A stretch of DNA of 64,000 nt from Bacillota bacterium (GCA_035593725.1 DAOSZN010000011.1:6789-70788), one strand, 5' to 3'; numbered from the stretch's first letter, positions 18,685 through 28,579 are shown. A program made the numbers and translations. The notes: a model not told the origin generated them from the letters alone.

Positions 18685-19157
18685 ACTTCGTCTTCCGCCT
18701 GTTCTTTTGTGATGTTTGTAGCTTTATCAATGAAAAGGATACCGCCTAAGTGATCGATTTCATGTTGCAACGCTCTTGCAAGAAGCCCTTCCGCTTCGAG
18801 TTTTCCGTAACTTAAGCCGTTGTCAGTCATTCCTTCAACGGTTATTCTTTCCCACCTTGCCACTTCCCCGGTAAGCCCCGGCACTGACAGGCAACCTTCC
18901 CTGCCAACCGTCTCCTCATCATCGTGATGCACTATTCGAGGGTTAAACAGTATTATCGGGCCTTCTCCCACGTCAATGACAACAACCTGCACCGGGATTC
19001 CTACCTGATTAGCTGCAAGGCCTACCCCGTCAACAGCGTACATCGTCTCCAACATGTTGTCCGCAAGAGTCAGCATCTCTTTCGTGATTTTTTTTACAGG
19101 TAGCGCCCGCACCCTAAGGACGGGATCGCCATGTTTTCTAACTTTCAGGATCAACAT
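18681..19157 (-). CDS. def: Peptide deformylase
   Basis: GVGLAANQVG, EGCLSVPG, HEIDHLGG motifs; ATG at 19157 after AAGGGAGG preferred. Confidence 0.93.
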   Translation of the reverse strand: MLILKVRKHGDPVLRVRALPVKKITKEMLTLADNMLETMYAVDGVGLAANQVGIPVQVVVIDVGEGPIILFNPRIVHHDDEETVGREGCLSVPGLTGEVARWERITVEGMTDNGLSYGKLEAEGLLARALQHEIDHLGGILFIDKATNITKEQAEDEV

Positions 19158-19177
19158 GCCGCCTCCCTTATCAAATA

Positions 19178-21421
19178 TCAAAGCATACTCTCAGGATCAA
19201 CGTCTACTTGGACCATTATATCATAAGATGGTGAAGGACACGCCTCAAGTATCCCCTTAATGAGCTTGTCTTGGTCATGAGGCTTTATCCGAGGATCTAT
19301 CTTCAGTAGTATTTGCCATCTATGCATTCCTTTTACCCTCGCCAAAGCGCAAGGCGCAGGTCCCAAGATTCTAATGCCTTTTAGCTGTTTTTCCGATTTA
19401 ATCTGTGCCCGTAGCGCCCGGACAAGGGAAATAGCGTACCTTTCTACAGCCGAAAGGCCTTTGCCGCTGACAACAATCAGTACCAGGCGGGAGAAAGGCG
19501 GATACAGACCTTCACTGCGACAAGCGATCTCTTCATCGTAGAAACCTCTGTAGTCATAGGTTTTACCTAGCTCAATCGCATAGTGTTCCGGCGAGTAAGT
19601 CTGCACAATAACATGGCCGCTCTTCTTGCTTCTGCCGGCTCTGCCTGCGACTTGGGTAAGTAGTTGGAATGTCCGCTCCCCTGCCTTATAGTCCGGGAGA
19701 TTAAGACACGTATCAGCGCTTACTACACCCACCAGGGTTACGTTGGGAAAATCAAGGCCTTTCGCTACCATTTGAGTGCCTACAAGGATATCATAGTCTC
19801 CTCTTTTGAATTTGCTGACTATTTCTTCATGGGCGCCTTTACGACGCGTGGTATCTGTGTCCATCCGGCAAGTACGGGCATGAGAGAATGCACGTTTGAC
19901 TTCTCCTTCGATTTTTTGCGTGCCTGCTCCGAAGTATCTGATGTAACGTCCTCCGCAGTTAGGACAGACTGAGGGAACAGGTTCTTCGTAATCGCAGTAA
20001 TGGCACCTTATGTTGCTTTCGGCAGCATGGTATGTAAGAGCCACGTCACATTCAGGGCATCTCATAGAATAGCCGCATTCCCTACATAATACGAAAGTAG
20101 AGTATCCACGTCTGTTGAGGAACAGTATTATCTGCTCACCTCGGGTGAGCCTGTCAGATATGGCCTCAGAAAGAGCCTGGGAAAATATGCTTCTATTCCC
20201 TTTAGCCAGTTCTTCTCGCATATCCACTACCTCAACAGTGGGCATTTCCCACATCCCGACTCTGTGAGGAAGCTCGAGGAGCCTATACTCTCCGTGCAAG
20301 GCTTTGTAATACGATTCCACTGACGGGGTTGCGGATCCCAGGACGCACACGGCCTTCGATATCCTGGCCCTTTCACATGCAACATCACGCGCGTGGTACC
20401 TGGGAGACTCTTCCTGTTTGTAAGAATTCTCATGTTCTTCATCGACGACAATGAGTCCTAAATTCTCCACAGGCGCGAAAATTGCTGAACGTGCGCCTAC
20501 TACTATTCTCGCGTCGCCTCTTTCCACCCTCCGCCACTCATCATAACGTTCCCCGGGCGATAATCTACTGTGGAGAACAGCCACATCTTGTCCGAACCTT
20601 TCAGAAAAGCCTTCTGTCATTTGAGGGGTAAGGGATATTTCAGGAACAAGGACTATCGCTGACTTGCCTCTGGCAAGAACGGCTTCAATGACCCGCATAT
20701 ATACTTCTGTCTTTCCGCTTGCGGTTACTCCGTGTAACAAGAAAGGTGCAGGCGACACGTTATCCAGACTGCTGACAATAGCGGTGACTGCTTTATCTTG
20801 CTCCCGAGTCAACACAGGCATAGGCTTCCGAGTATTCGATATTGCCTTGATGGGACTTCGGAGGACCTCTTTTTGTGTCTCATTCAGGATCCCTTTTTGA
20901 ATAAGGGCACGAACTGCCCCTGACGTCGAGCCTGGCGCGTTAGTAAGACGTCTCCTCGGCATTTTAGGGCCTTTCTCAAGTAGTATTTTCAGGGCTTGCG
21001 CTTGGCGAGGGGCTTTCTTTTCCATGACATCTATCATGGCTTCGGCTTTCTCCCGTGGTATCGCAAGCTCCACTATTGACTCAGTCTTGACTTTCGCTCT
21101 GCCTCTACGGACTGAAGCCGGAAACATTTGGGCGATAGCTTCGCCCAGTGAGCATGAATAGTATTCGCTGATCCATGCGGAAAGAGCCATCATCTGTTCT
21201 GAAAGGACGGTATCCCCGCGAAGCGCACGGATGTCTTTCACACGGGCGACATCAGGAGTCTCCGTGAAACCCACTACATATCCGGTAAGCTCTCTCCTGC
21301 CGAAAGGGACTAACACCGCGCTGCCTACTTTGATCTCGCCTTCCAGTTCGGCAGGAATGCCGTAATGGAATAGGCCTTTTGCGCTTTCTGAAGGGACGTC
21401 CACTACCACTTCAGCGTACAC
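19178..21421 (-). CDS. priA: Primosomal protein N' (replication restart helicase PriA)
   Basis: Walker A GVTASGKT; DEEH box; Cys4 zinc-binding insert (CRECG...CPECD...CHYC...CPNCG); GTG start after GGGGAGGA. Confidence 0.93.
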   Translation of the reverse strand: MYAEVVVDVPSESAKGLFHYGIPAELEGEIKVGSAVLVPFGRRELTGYVVGFTETPDVARVKDIRALRGDTVLSEQMMALSAWISEYYSCSLGEAIAQMFPASVRRGRAKVKTESIVELAIPREKAEAMIDVMEKKAPRQAQALKILLEKGPKMPRRRLTNAPGSTSGAVRALIQKGILNETQKEVLRSPIKAISNTRKPMPVLTREQDKAVTAIVSSLDNVSPAPFLLHGVTASGKTEVYMRVIEAVLARGKSAIVLVPEISLTPQMTEGFSERFGQDVAVLHSRLSPGERYDEWRRVERGDARIVVGARSAIFAPVENLGLIVVDEEHENSYKQEESPRYHARDVACERARISKAVCVLGSATPSVESYYKALHGEYRLLELPHRVGMWEMPTVEVVDMREELAKGNRSIFSQALSEAISDRLTRGEQIILFLNRRGYSTFVLCRECGYSMRCPECDVALTYHAAESNIRCHYCDYEEPVPSVCPNCGGRYIRYFGAGTQKIEGEVKRAFSHARTCRMDTDTTRRKGAHEEIVSKFKRGDYDILVGTQMVAKGLDFPNVTLVGVVSADTCLNLPDYKAGERTFQLLTQVAGRAGRSKKSGHVIVQTYSPEHYAIELGKTYDYRGFYDEEIACRSEGLYPPFSRLVLIVVSGKGLSAVERYAISLVRALRAQIKSEKQLKGIRILGPAPCALARVKGMHRWQILLKIDPRIKPHDQDKLIKGILEACPSPSYDIMVQVDVDPESML

Positions 21422-21475
21422 ATCGTATCCTCCCCGGTTTACTCCTAATCCGAATCCTTACTCCTTCCCAAATCC

Positions 21476-21566
21476 TCTTTGTCAGGGAAAGGATATTAAG
21501 TCCTCTATAGGTAACTTTATCCCTTTCATGGAGGAACTTGCAAGCCTATTTAAGTTCTTTGTCAGG
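21476..21566. repeat. Direct repeat of an 11-mer (TCTTTGTCAGG; CCTGACAAAGA on the gene strand) spaced 81 bp apart in the yqeG-like/priA intergenic region
   Basis: Exact copies at 21476..21486 and 21557..21567; short imperfect inverted repeat GAAAGGGATA/TATCCTTTCCC between them. Confidence 0.4.
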
Positions 21567-21582
21567 TTCTTTCAGTTTTCGG

Positions 21583-22143
21583 CTATTCTGTGAAGTTGTG
21601 AGGGTCTGAGTCTTCTTGCTTAAGCAATCCGCGGCACGCTAGTTTTCGTAGGACGATTCTTTCCAGTTTTCTGAAGAATTTTGTGGTAATAAACTCATTG
21701 GTTGACATAGGTTGTACAAGAATAGTATATAATCCGGCGCGGTTCCCTCCGAGGATGTCAGTGAATATCTGATCGCCTATTATTGCAGTTTCTTGCGGTA
21801 ATGTGCCCAATAGACAAAGGGCGGATCTAAATGCTGAACCTAAAGGCTTAAAGCCTTTAGCGGATGGAATATCCAGCATACGTGAAATATCGTCTATTCT
21901 GTTTTTGCGGTTATTTGAAAGCAAGCATACGCGAAAACCATGGGTCTTCGCATCTTCAAGCCACTTCCGGGTGGTCGCAGGTATTTCGGTGCTGCCCCAC
22001 ATTGTTACTGTGTTATCGATGTCGAACACAATTCCCTCAACGCCAATGCCTTTGAGGTGGGAAAAATCTATATGATGCAGAGAGCCTACATAGAGGTTCG
22101 GACAGAGCTTGGACAGCAAGATCGTGCCTCCTTGAAGTGCCAT
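21583..22143 (-). CDS. YqeG-like HAD superfamily (IIIA) phosphatase
   Basis: HAD motifs IVFDIDNT and IGDQIFTD; YqeG-size 186 aa. Confidence 0.75.
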   Translation of the reverse strand: MALQGGTILLSKLCPNLYVGSLHHIDFSHLKGIGVEGIVFDIDNTVTMWGSTEIPATTRKWLEDAKTHGFRVCLLSNNRKNRIDDISRMLDIPSAKGFKPLGSAFRSALCLLGTLPQETAIIGDQIFTDILGGNRAGLYTILVQPMSTNEFITTKFFRKLERIVLRKLACRGLLKQEDSDPHNFTE

Positions 22144-22182
22144 GGGTTAACGCGTGACACACGTGACCGGTGCCGGTATTGT

Positions 22183-22211
22183 ATCATATTGTTATCGCCT
22201 GTTCCAGTAAA
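22183..22211 (-). promoter_or_regulatory. Candidate sigma-A promoter for the yqeG-like/priA transcription unit: TTTACT-N17-TATGATACAAT
   Basis: -10 TATGAT (22188..22183) and -35 TTTACT (22211..22206), 17-nt spacer, about 40 nt upstream of the yqeG-like start. Confidence 0.4.
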
Positions 22212-22252
22212 AAGCAGTCCGTTTCTCAATCAGAATAAAAACCTGAGAGGCA

Positions 22253-23902
22253 TTAACTGGCATAGACCTTGACACCGTTCATGAACGTCATCTCAACGCC
22301 GATATCCTTTAGATGTTCGGGAGGAACTGCCATGGGGTTCTCAGAAAGCACTATGAAGTCAGCCAGCTTGCCTGGGGTAATGCTTCCATAGAGATTCTCC
22401 TCACAGCCTGCGTAGGCCCCTACCGTTGTATAGGCGCGGAGGGCTTCATCTACCGTTATAGTCTCTGAATTACCAAATGACTGACCACCGGCGGTTTTCC
22501 GTGTTACCGCCGCGTAAATCCCAAGGAAAGGGTTCCCGTCGCACACCGGTGAATCAGAGTTGCCGGCCAGCGGAATGCCCATATTGATGGTAGTTCTCTG
22601 AGGAAATGTACGGCATGCACGTCGGTGACCAAGGTTAGATATCCAGCTGTCACCTAATGCATATATAAAGGATATCGAGGACTCAACCACTAATCCCAGG
22701 TTCTTTATCCTCCGAAGATGATCTTCAGTAGGCAAGACGCAGTGGTCTATTCTATTTCGCATCCTTCGCACCGTCTCTATCGGCACCTGGCGAGTGACAT
22801 CTTCCATGGAAGCTATAGCAAGCTCTATTGCTCTTTCACCGATGGCGTGGATGGATACTCTAAGGCCTTTCTTCACACACTCAGTGACGAGGGGTACAAG
22901 CTCATCCTTGCTGACATAGAGAATTCCTTTGTCTTCAGCAGCTCCCACATAGCCTTCTTTTACTGCGGCCGAACGACCGCCTATACTACCGTCAAGAATA
23001 AACTTCATACCCATTACCTTAAGGATGTCATTACCGTATCCGCTCTCAAGTCCCAGCCCCAGAGCATGGGGAATAAGTCCTGCATCCCTCGACCCGAAAG
23101 TGACCCCTTCCAGCCAGAGACGAACTCTCGCAGGCAGCTTGTGGTTTTCGGCAAGCCTCTGGTAGACTCTGAACGCATCGCTGTCTACCAACATGTCATG
23201 GACTGTGGTTATGCCCCACTTGGACAACTGCCCAAGGGCAAGCATGAATCCACGTTCGACTTCCTCATTTGTATACGGTGGAATGGCTACCAAGTCTTGA
23301 GCGCGATCCATTAGTAAGCCGGTGGGTTCGCCTGTAGCCGGGTCTCGCTGAATACGTCCTCCCTCAGGATCCGGTGTATTCTTTGTGATCCCTGAAAGTC
23401 TCAAAGCCTCGCTGTTTGCAACTCCCATGTGCGCACAGGTTCTTCTTATATAGACGGGAGTGTCCGGCGAGACGGTGTCCAGATCCCACCTGGTGGGATG
23501 TCTATGTTCCTTTAGCTTGCTGTCATCATATCCCCAACCACGAACCCATCCTTGTTTGTTGGTCGTCTTAATGCGTTCAGCAATATTGCTGACTATGTCT
23601 CTGACCGATTTCACTTTGGGATATGCGCAGTTCACATCGAGCATTGTCGTTGCCAAGATAGACGGATGCATGTGTGATTCCACAAAACCCGGCATAACAG
23701 TCTTACCTCGAAGGTCAATGACTTCAGGTGTACCACGGCACTCGGAAAAGGCACCTTGTTCGGTGCCGACATATATAATCCGGTTGCCCTGAATCAACAA
23801 TGCCTCAGCTCCTGAAATGCTAGGATCAAGAGTAAGAATTTGCCCGTTTTTCAGTAGTAATTCACTTTTCTCACTAAACACTTTCGTCCTTGATTCTGAC
23901 AT
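22253..23902 (-). CDS. Amidohydrolase-3 family metal-dependent hydrolase (YtcJ-like)
   Basis: Amidohydro_3 pattern (GFVESHMH..., HAIG..., C-terminal HxxD); ATG at 23902 (MSESRTKVF) after GGAGG preferred over ORF start 24100. Confidence 0.8.
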   Translation of the reverse strand: MSESRTKVFSEKSELLLKNGQILTLDPSISGAEALLIQGNRIIYVGTEQGAFSECRGTPEVIDLRGKTVMPGFVESHMHPSILATTMLDVNCAYPKVKSVRDIVSNIAERIKTTNKQGWVRGWGYDDSKLKEHRHPTRWDLDTVSPDTPVYIRRTCAHMGVANSEALRLSGITKNTPDPEGGRIQRDPATGEPTGLLMDRAQDLVAIPPYTNEEVERGFMLALGQLSKWGITTVHDMLVDSDAFRVYQRLAENHKLPARVRLWLEGVTFGSRDAGLIPHALGLGLESGYGNDILKVMGMKFILDGSIGGRSAAVKEGYVGAAEDKGILYVSKDELVPLVTECVKKGLRVSIHAIGERAIELAIASMEDVTRQVPIETVRRMRNRIDHCVLPTEDHLRRIKNLGLVVESSISFIYALGDSWISNLGHRRACRTFPQRTTINMGIPLAGNSDSPVCDGNPFLGIYAAVTRKTAGGQSFGNSETITVDEALRAYTTVGAYAGCEENLYGSITPGKLADFIVLSENPMAVPPEHLKDIGVEMTFMNGVKVYAS

Positions 23903-24189
23903 TTGCTGTTGCCTCCCAGCCACGATTAGTGCTCCAAACTTTAGTACTTCCCAGCTTGTTATTATACGCATGCAAACCGAGGAGATCAAGAACCGGTAGC
24001 TGCCAAGCTTAAGTGAATCATTATACCCTTCGGTGTTTTCGGAGAAGGACTTTTGCCGCAACAGAAAGAAAGTAGATCCCTGCCGGACTATCCTGAACAC
24101 GTCAGGAATGGGCCGAGACTATTGAAGAATTGACGTTTTGGAATAAGAGCCTTCAAAAGAGAAGCTTTAGGCGGCGAGGTGGTGAATTC

Positions 24190-24717
24190 ATGGAAAAGAA
24201 TCGAATTACTGTGGTAGAGGGAGATATCACGAAGCAGCATGTTGATGCTGTAGTCAACGCAGCTAATAACACATTGCTAGGCGGAGGAGGAGTGGACGGC
24301 GCCATACACAGGGCAGCCGGGCCTGGACTTCTTGCTGAATGCAGAACAATAGGAGGATGCCGGACCGGAGACGCAGTCATAACCCGGGGTTACCGGCTTC
24401 CTGCCAAATGGGTCATACATACGGTCGGGCCGGTTTGGCACGGCGGCAAATCAGGGGAAGCGGGACTACTTGCCGACTGCTATAGAAATTCTCTCCGGCT
24501 GGCGATAGAACATGATATACGCACTATAGCATTTCCGTCCATCAGTACCGGAGCGTACGGTTATCCTATTGATCAAGCTTCGCGGATTGCCGTAGAGACC
24601 GTGGCGGAATTCTTGAAACACGATCAATCCATTCTTGAAGTCAGGTTTGTTTGCTTCAACGAACGTACATACGACGCCTTTGAGCGAGCATTGAAAGAGC
24701 ATTTTCAGGAACTCTGA
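24190..24717 (+). CDS. Macro-domain protein (O-acetyl-ADP-ribose deacetylase, YmdB-like)
   Basis: ITVVEGDITKQHVDAVVNAANNTLLGGGGVDGAIHRAAG macro signature; ATG at 24190 after GAGGTGGTGA. Confidence 0.85.
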   Translation: MEKNRITVVEGDITKQHVDAVVNAANNTLLGGGGVDGAIHRAAGPGLLAECRTIGGCRTGDAVITRGYRLPAKWVIHTVGPVWHGGKSGEAGLLADCYRNSLRLAIEHDIRTIAFPSISTGAYGYPIDQASRIAVETVAEFLKHDQSILEVRFVCFNERTYDAFERALKEHFQEL

Positions 24718-24762
24718 GGCTGAATTCTCGCATCCTGACCCAGTTGGAATCTCACAAGATGA

Positions 24763-25065
24763 TGGAATTCATGGCAGGACTTCTGGTACATAACATTCCC
24801 ACTGTTAAAACCGACTACGCTTCTGGTGTCAGTGATGGTCATGCTCCAATGCCTCAAAACCTTTAGCACACAGTATCTCTTCTCGACATCAGGCGCGCCT
24901 ACCAGGCCTATTGATGTCATTACCCTAAGCATCTACAATACTGCAATCAAAGATCATAACATCGGAAGGGCCAGCGCCATGAGCGTCTTGTTGTTCCTTG
25001 TCATGCTAATCCTCACATGGTTGCAGCTTAAGCTCACCAGGACTGAGGATGTTACCTATAACTGA
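24763..25065 (+). pseudogene. 3' remnant of a carbohydrate ABC transporter permease (MalF-type); 5' part and binding-protein gene absent
   Basis: Frame open from 24763 (after TGA 24760-24762): W..FWYITFPLLKPTTLL (post-EAA motif) then permease C-terminus IYNTAIKDHNIGRASAMSVLLFLVMLILTW; starts right after the macro-domain stop. Confidence 0.6.
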
Positions 25066-25119
25066 CATTATCGAAACAGGGCATGGGGATAAATGCTCTA
25101 AGATCAGGGGGGAATTCAC

Positions 25120-25983
25120 ATGAATGCTACCAAATTGAGGGCTTCACTTTCGGGGAAATTGGGTGACATTTTGATCTGGTTGTTTCTGGCTGTGGCATGC
25201 GTGTTTGTTGTCACGCCACTCCTCTTCATGTTCACCGCATCTTTCATGCCTGCAATCGACATAATGAAGCTGCCATATCCATGGGTGAGCGATCATATAC
25301 ATTGGCAGAACTATTGGAATGGTTTGAGGGGGCCTGACGGATCCTTCATATTCCTCCGCAATACCCTCAATTCGCTGGTTGTGGCTCTCGCGGTTACTGT
25401 AACTACCGTAATCTTGTCTTCATTATCCGGTTACGGCCTTGCCAAGTTCAAGTTTAAAGGACGCAATGCAGTCTTTATGCTGATAATGGCGACAATGATG
25501 ATTCCCTTTGAGACAATCATGATCCCACTCTATATGGTAACGATGAAGATGGGATTGCAGGATTCCTATGCCGGACTCATTCTACCTTTCCTCACCAATG
25601 CTTTCGGGGTATTTTTGATGCGACAGTTTCTGCTGACCTTCCCCGATGAAGTGCTGGACGCGGCCCGCATTGACGGCGCAAGTGAACCTCGGATCTTTAC
25701 CCATATAGTGCTGCCAAACAGCGGTCCCGCAATCGCTACCCTGGCAATTCTGACTTTCCGTTCACAGTGGGATAATCTATTATGGCCCCTATTGGTGGTT
25801 CAAAGTGATGAGATGAAGACTATCCCCCTGTACATCACTAAGTTCATGGCTGAAACTCACAGTGATGAAGGAATCATGATGGCTGTTGCTGCCATGGCCA
25901 GCCTCCCCATGTTTATCTTGTTCTTTACTATGTCTAAGTATTTCATCAGCACGGAAGGCCTGCATTCGACGATAAAAGGCTAA
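25120..25983 (+). CDS. Carbohydrate ABC transporter permease (MalG-type, second permease)
   Basis: EAA loop LDAARIDGASEPRIFTHIVLP and six TM segments. Confidence 0.85.
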   Translation: MNATKLRASLSGKLGDILIWLFLAVACVFVVTPLLFMFTASFMPAIDIMKLPYPWVSDHIHWQNYWNGLRGPDGSFIFLRNTLNSLVVALAVTVTTVILSSLSGYGLAKFKFKGRNAVFMLIMATMMIPFETIMIPLYMVTMKMGLQDSYAGLILPFLTNAFGVFLMRQFLLTFPDEVLDAARIDGASEPRIFTHIVLPNSGPAIATLAILTFRSQWDNLLWPLLVVQSDEMKTIPLYITKFMAETHSDEGIMMAVAAMASLPMFILFFTMSKYFISTEGLHSTIKG

Positions 25984-26000
25984 GCCGGGCAAGACGTGAA

Positions 26001-26040
26001 CAACAAAAAAACCGCGCCTTCCTGTAACAGAACGCGGGTT
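26001..26040 (-). terminator. Rho-independent terminator downstream of sigK
   Basis: Minus strand GGAAGAACCCGCG-loop-CGCGGUU then UUUUUUUGUUG, about 28 nt after the sigK stop; intergenic with the convergent ABC permease gene. Confidence 0.55.
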
Positions 26041-26067
26041 CTTCCAAAATGCAAGGACACCGGATCA

Positions 26068-26784
26068 TCAACGGTACCCGTTTGCTGCCATTTCCCTCTG
26101 GAGCTTCGTGATGGCCCGTTTCTCAATCCTTGATACATACGAGCGGGAGATTCCGAGATGCTTCGAGATTTCTCGCTGAGTTCTGCGTATGCCGTCCTTG
26201 AGTCCGTACCGCATTTCGATGACCTTTTTCTCGCGGCAAGTTAGCTTATCTACCTTTTCCGCCAACTTTTTTTCTTCCAACATCGCTTCTACCTTAAGGG
26301 CTACTTCATCGGCTTCACTTCCTAGGACATCAATTAGTGTAATCTCATTGCCTTCCTTGTCAGCCCCGATAGGGTCATGTAAAAGAAGCTCCGTCTTGTT
26401 CTTCCTTGTGGCTCTAAGATGCATGAGGATCTCATTTTCTATACACCGGGCTGCATATGTAGCCAACCTGGTCTTACGGTGCTGATTATAAGTGTCTATT
26501 GCTTTTATAAGGCCTATCGTTCCTATGGAAATCAAATCATTTTGATCTTCCGTCGCTCCGTCAAATTTCTTAACAATGTGCGCAACCAGCCTCAGATTAT
26601 GTTCAATCAAGGTTTTCCTGGCATTTTCGTCTCCTTGTTCCTTTTGCAGCAAAACCTTAGCCTCTTCCTCCTCAGACAGAGGGGGTGGGAATACATTTCC
26701 GGATGAAACATATGATATGAGATGCCACAATCCACGAAGAAAGAGAGCCGAACCTATCAAGAGATCCAGCATATGATCAGCCAC
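26068..26784 (-). CDS. sigK: Sporulation sigma factor SigK (pro-sigma-K), uninterrupted
   Basis: Hydrophobic pro-sequence ...[18 protein letters not shown]; region 2 [12 protein letters not shown]...[13 protein letters not shown]; [20 protein letters not shown] and [21 protein letters not shown] match SigK rather than SigE. Confidence 0.85.
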   Translation of the reverse strand: MADHMLDLLIGSALFLRGLWHLISYVSSGNVFPPPLSEEEEAKVLLQKEQGDENARKTLIEHNLRLVAHIVKKFDGATEDQNDLISIGTIGLIKAIDTYNQHRKTRLATYAARCIENEILMHLRATRKNKTELLLHDPIGADKEGNEITLIDVLGSEADEVALKVEAMLEEKKLAEKVDKLTCREKKVIEMRYGLKDGIRRTQREISKHLGISRSYVSRIEKRAITKLQREMAANGYR

Positions 26785-26887
26785 CCCCGGTAAAAAGACT
26801 CATTAGTATAAATATGATGTGTTCAGAAAAAAGTGCTTGTTCCGGTTAGGTAGTTTTTGATGAGATGCTACCTTTATTCTTGTGAGC

Positions 26888-28579
26888 TTAGTCGTGTGAA
26901 GATTGAAGAAGAAGCCGACCGGCAATTTCTTTAAATATAGGGGCAGCTGTTTCGCCGCCGGAGCCTCCTTCTTCAACAAAGACCACGATCACGAAACGGG
27001 GATCTTGGAGAGGAGCAAAACCTGCAAACCAAGCGTGACATATGGGGCGTCCGGCAGCGTCGAGTCGTCCTGTTTCAGCCGTTCCGGTCTTGCCGCAGGA
27101 TCCGAGCTCATCGATCCAGGCCTCCTTCGCAGTTCCCCATCGGGTAACTGACTCTAACATGAATGTGAGCTGCCTGCATGTGTCTTGTGACAACACCCTA
27201 CGGGATACGCCTGATTTAACGCTTTGTATCGCCTCCGCTTCAGTGGGTTTGATCCCGAGAACCAGCTTCGGTGAGATAAGTTCGCCGCCATTGGCTATCA
27301 CAGACAAGAGCGCAGCCACTTGAAGTGGGGTCACTGACACTTCGCCTTGTCCTATTGCCAGATTCGCAGTATCCGATGGAGACATGTAGTAAGCACCCGG
27401 GAGTTGACCGGGTTGCTCAAACGGCAGGCTGATGCCGGTGGTTGCCCCGAATCCCAAGCGTTCATAGAAATTCACAAGGGTTTTTCCGCCTATTCCGAGC
27501 GCAACTTCTATAAAAACGGGATTGCACGAATACGCCATCGCATCCAAGAAGGACAGAGTCCCGTGGCCTCCGCTTTCATGTAAGTAACACTTGAACCTGT
27601 TCGCGCCTACATCTATGAATCCAGGGTCATAGAAGCGTTCTGAGAGGGAGACAATGTTATTCTCCAGGCCACATGCTGCCACTACTATCTTAAGTATTGA
27701 GCCTGCCGGATAAGGCGTGATTGCCCTGTTTATCATCGGCGATAGAGGCTGCGTCAAAGCCTTTGCCACATCGTTGGGCGAAAAAGCCGGCCTACTGGCC
27801 ATAGCCAGCACTTGGCCGGTTTTGGGCTCCATAACAATGACTGCGCCCCTAGGAACCCTGGCATCCATCACTTCCTCAACAATTTCCTGCGTCTTGCGGT
27901 CAATAGTAAGAATTACATCAGTTGTGCCTTCCGAGTCACACAGCCATCTGACTCCAAGGCCTATGTACGGTACGCGCCTGGCATCCACAAAAGACGCTAC
28001 AAAGCCGGTTTCTCCGCTACGCAGGTGGTTATCAAAAACCTTCTCAATTCCGGATATCCCGGAAATCTTTTGCTCGTCAAGGTAGCCTATGACATGGGCG
28101 GCCAACCCTCTCGGATCGTACCTGACCGGCTCTCGAATTATGACGACGCCAGGATCATCCGGTACTTTTAGATTTGGACTCCCAAGGTTAACCTTGCTTG
28201 CATCAATGTATATGCAAGTTTGAGCCGGGAATTGTGAAAGAGCGGCCTCTTGAGGCATGCTTATGTTGGAAATATGTGACATAAACTTAAGAACGTTATC
28301 CTTGTCTGAGATGAGCTCCGGAAAGATGACTATTGCAGGTTTGAAGAAAGTCCCCGCAAGAACTTGCATATTTCTGTCATAAATTGTCCCCCTGAGCGGG
28401 GTTTTGCAGAGTAGTTCTATACGTTGATCCCGCGCTCGCCTGGCAAGAGTCTCTCCACGAACGAGTTGGATCCACATAAGTTCAGAGATGAGAAAAAGGA
28501 AAATGATAAGAAGACAGAATACAATGCTTTTTGTACGGCCTTCGGCGAGAATTCTAATAAACCTGCTGCGTTGTGACAT
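26888..28579 (-). CDS. Class B penicillin-binding protein / peptidoglycan transpeptidase (PBP2/SpoVD family, no PASTA)
   Basis: N-terminal TM, PBP dimerisation domain, transpeptidase motifs (STGK-type serine region, SCN, KTGT). Confidence 0.85.
   Translation of the reverse strand: MSQRSRFIRILAEGRTKSIVFCLLIIFLFLISELMWIQLVRGETLARRARDQRIELLCKTPLRGTIYDRNMQVLAGTFFKPAIVIFPELISDKDNVLKFMSHISNISMPQEAALSQFPAQTCIYIDASKVNLGSPNLKVPDDPGVVIIREPVRYDPRGLAAHVIGYLDEQKISGISGIEKVFDNHLRSGETGFVASFVDARRVPYIGLGVRWLCDSEGTTDVILTIDRKTQEIVEEVMDARVPRGAVIVMEPKTGQVLAMASRPAFSPNDVAKALTQPLSPMINRAITPYPAGSILKIVVAACGLENNIVSLSERFYDPGFIDVGANRFKCYLHESGGHGTLSFLDAMAYSCNPVFIEVALGIGGKTLVNFYERLGFGATTGISLPFEQPGQLPGAYYMSPSDTANLAIGQGEVSVTPLQVAALLSVIANGGELISPKLVLGIKPTEAEAIQSVKSGVSRRVLSQDTCRQLTFMLESVTRWGTAKEAWIDELGSCGKTGTAETGRLDAAGRPICHAWFAGFAPLQDPRFVIVVFVEEGGSGGETAAPIFKEIAGRLLLQSSHD

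Noticed and set aside
22144-22252. GTGAC-ACAC-GTGAC / ACGCGT palindromic cluster as an operator
   Set aside because: It is short and overlaps the yqeG-like RBS/start region. No partner regulator is evident, and it is likely fortuitous.
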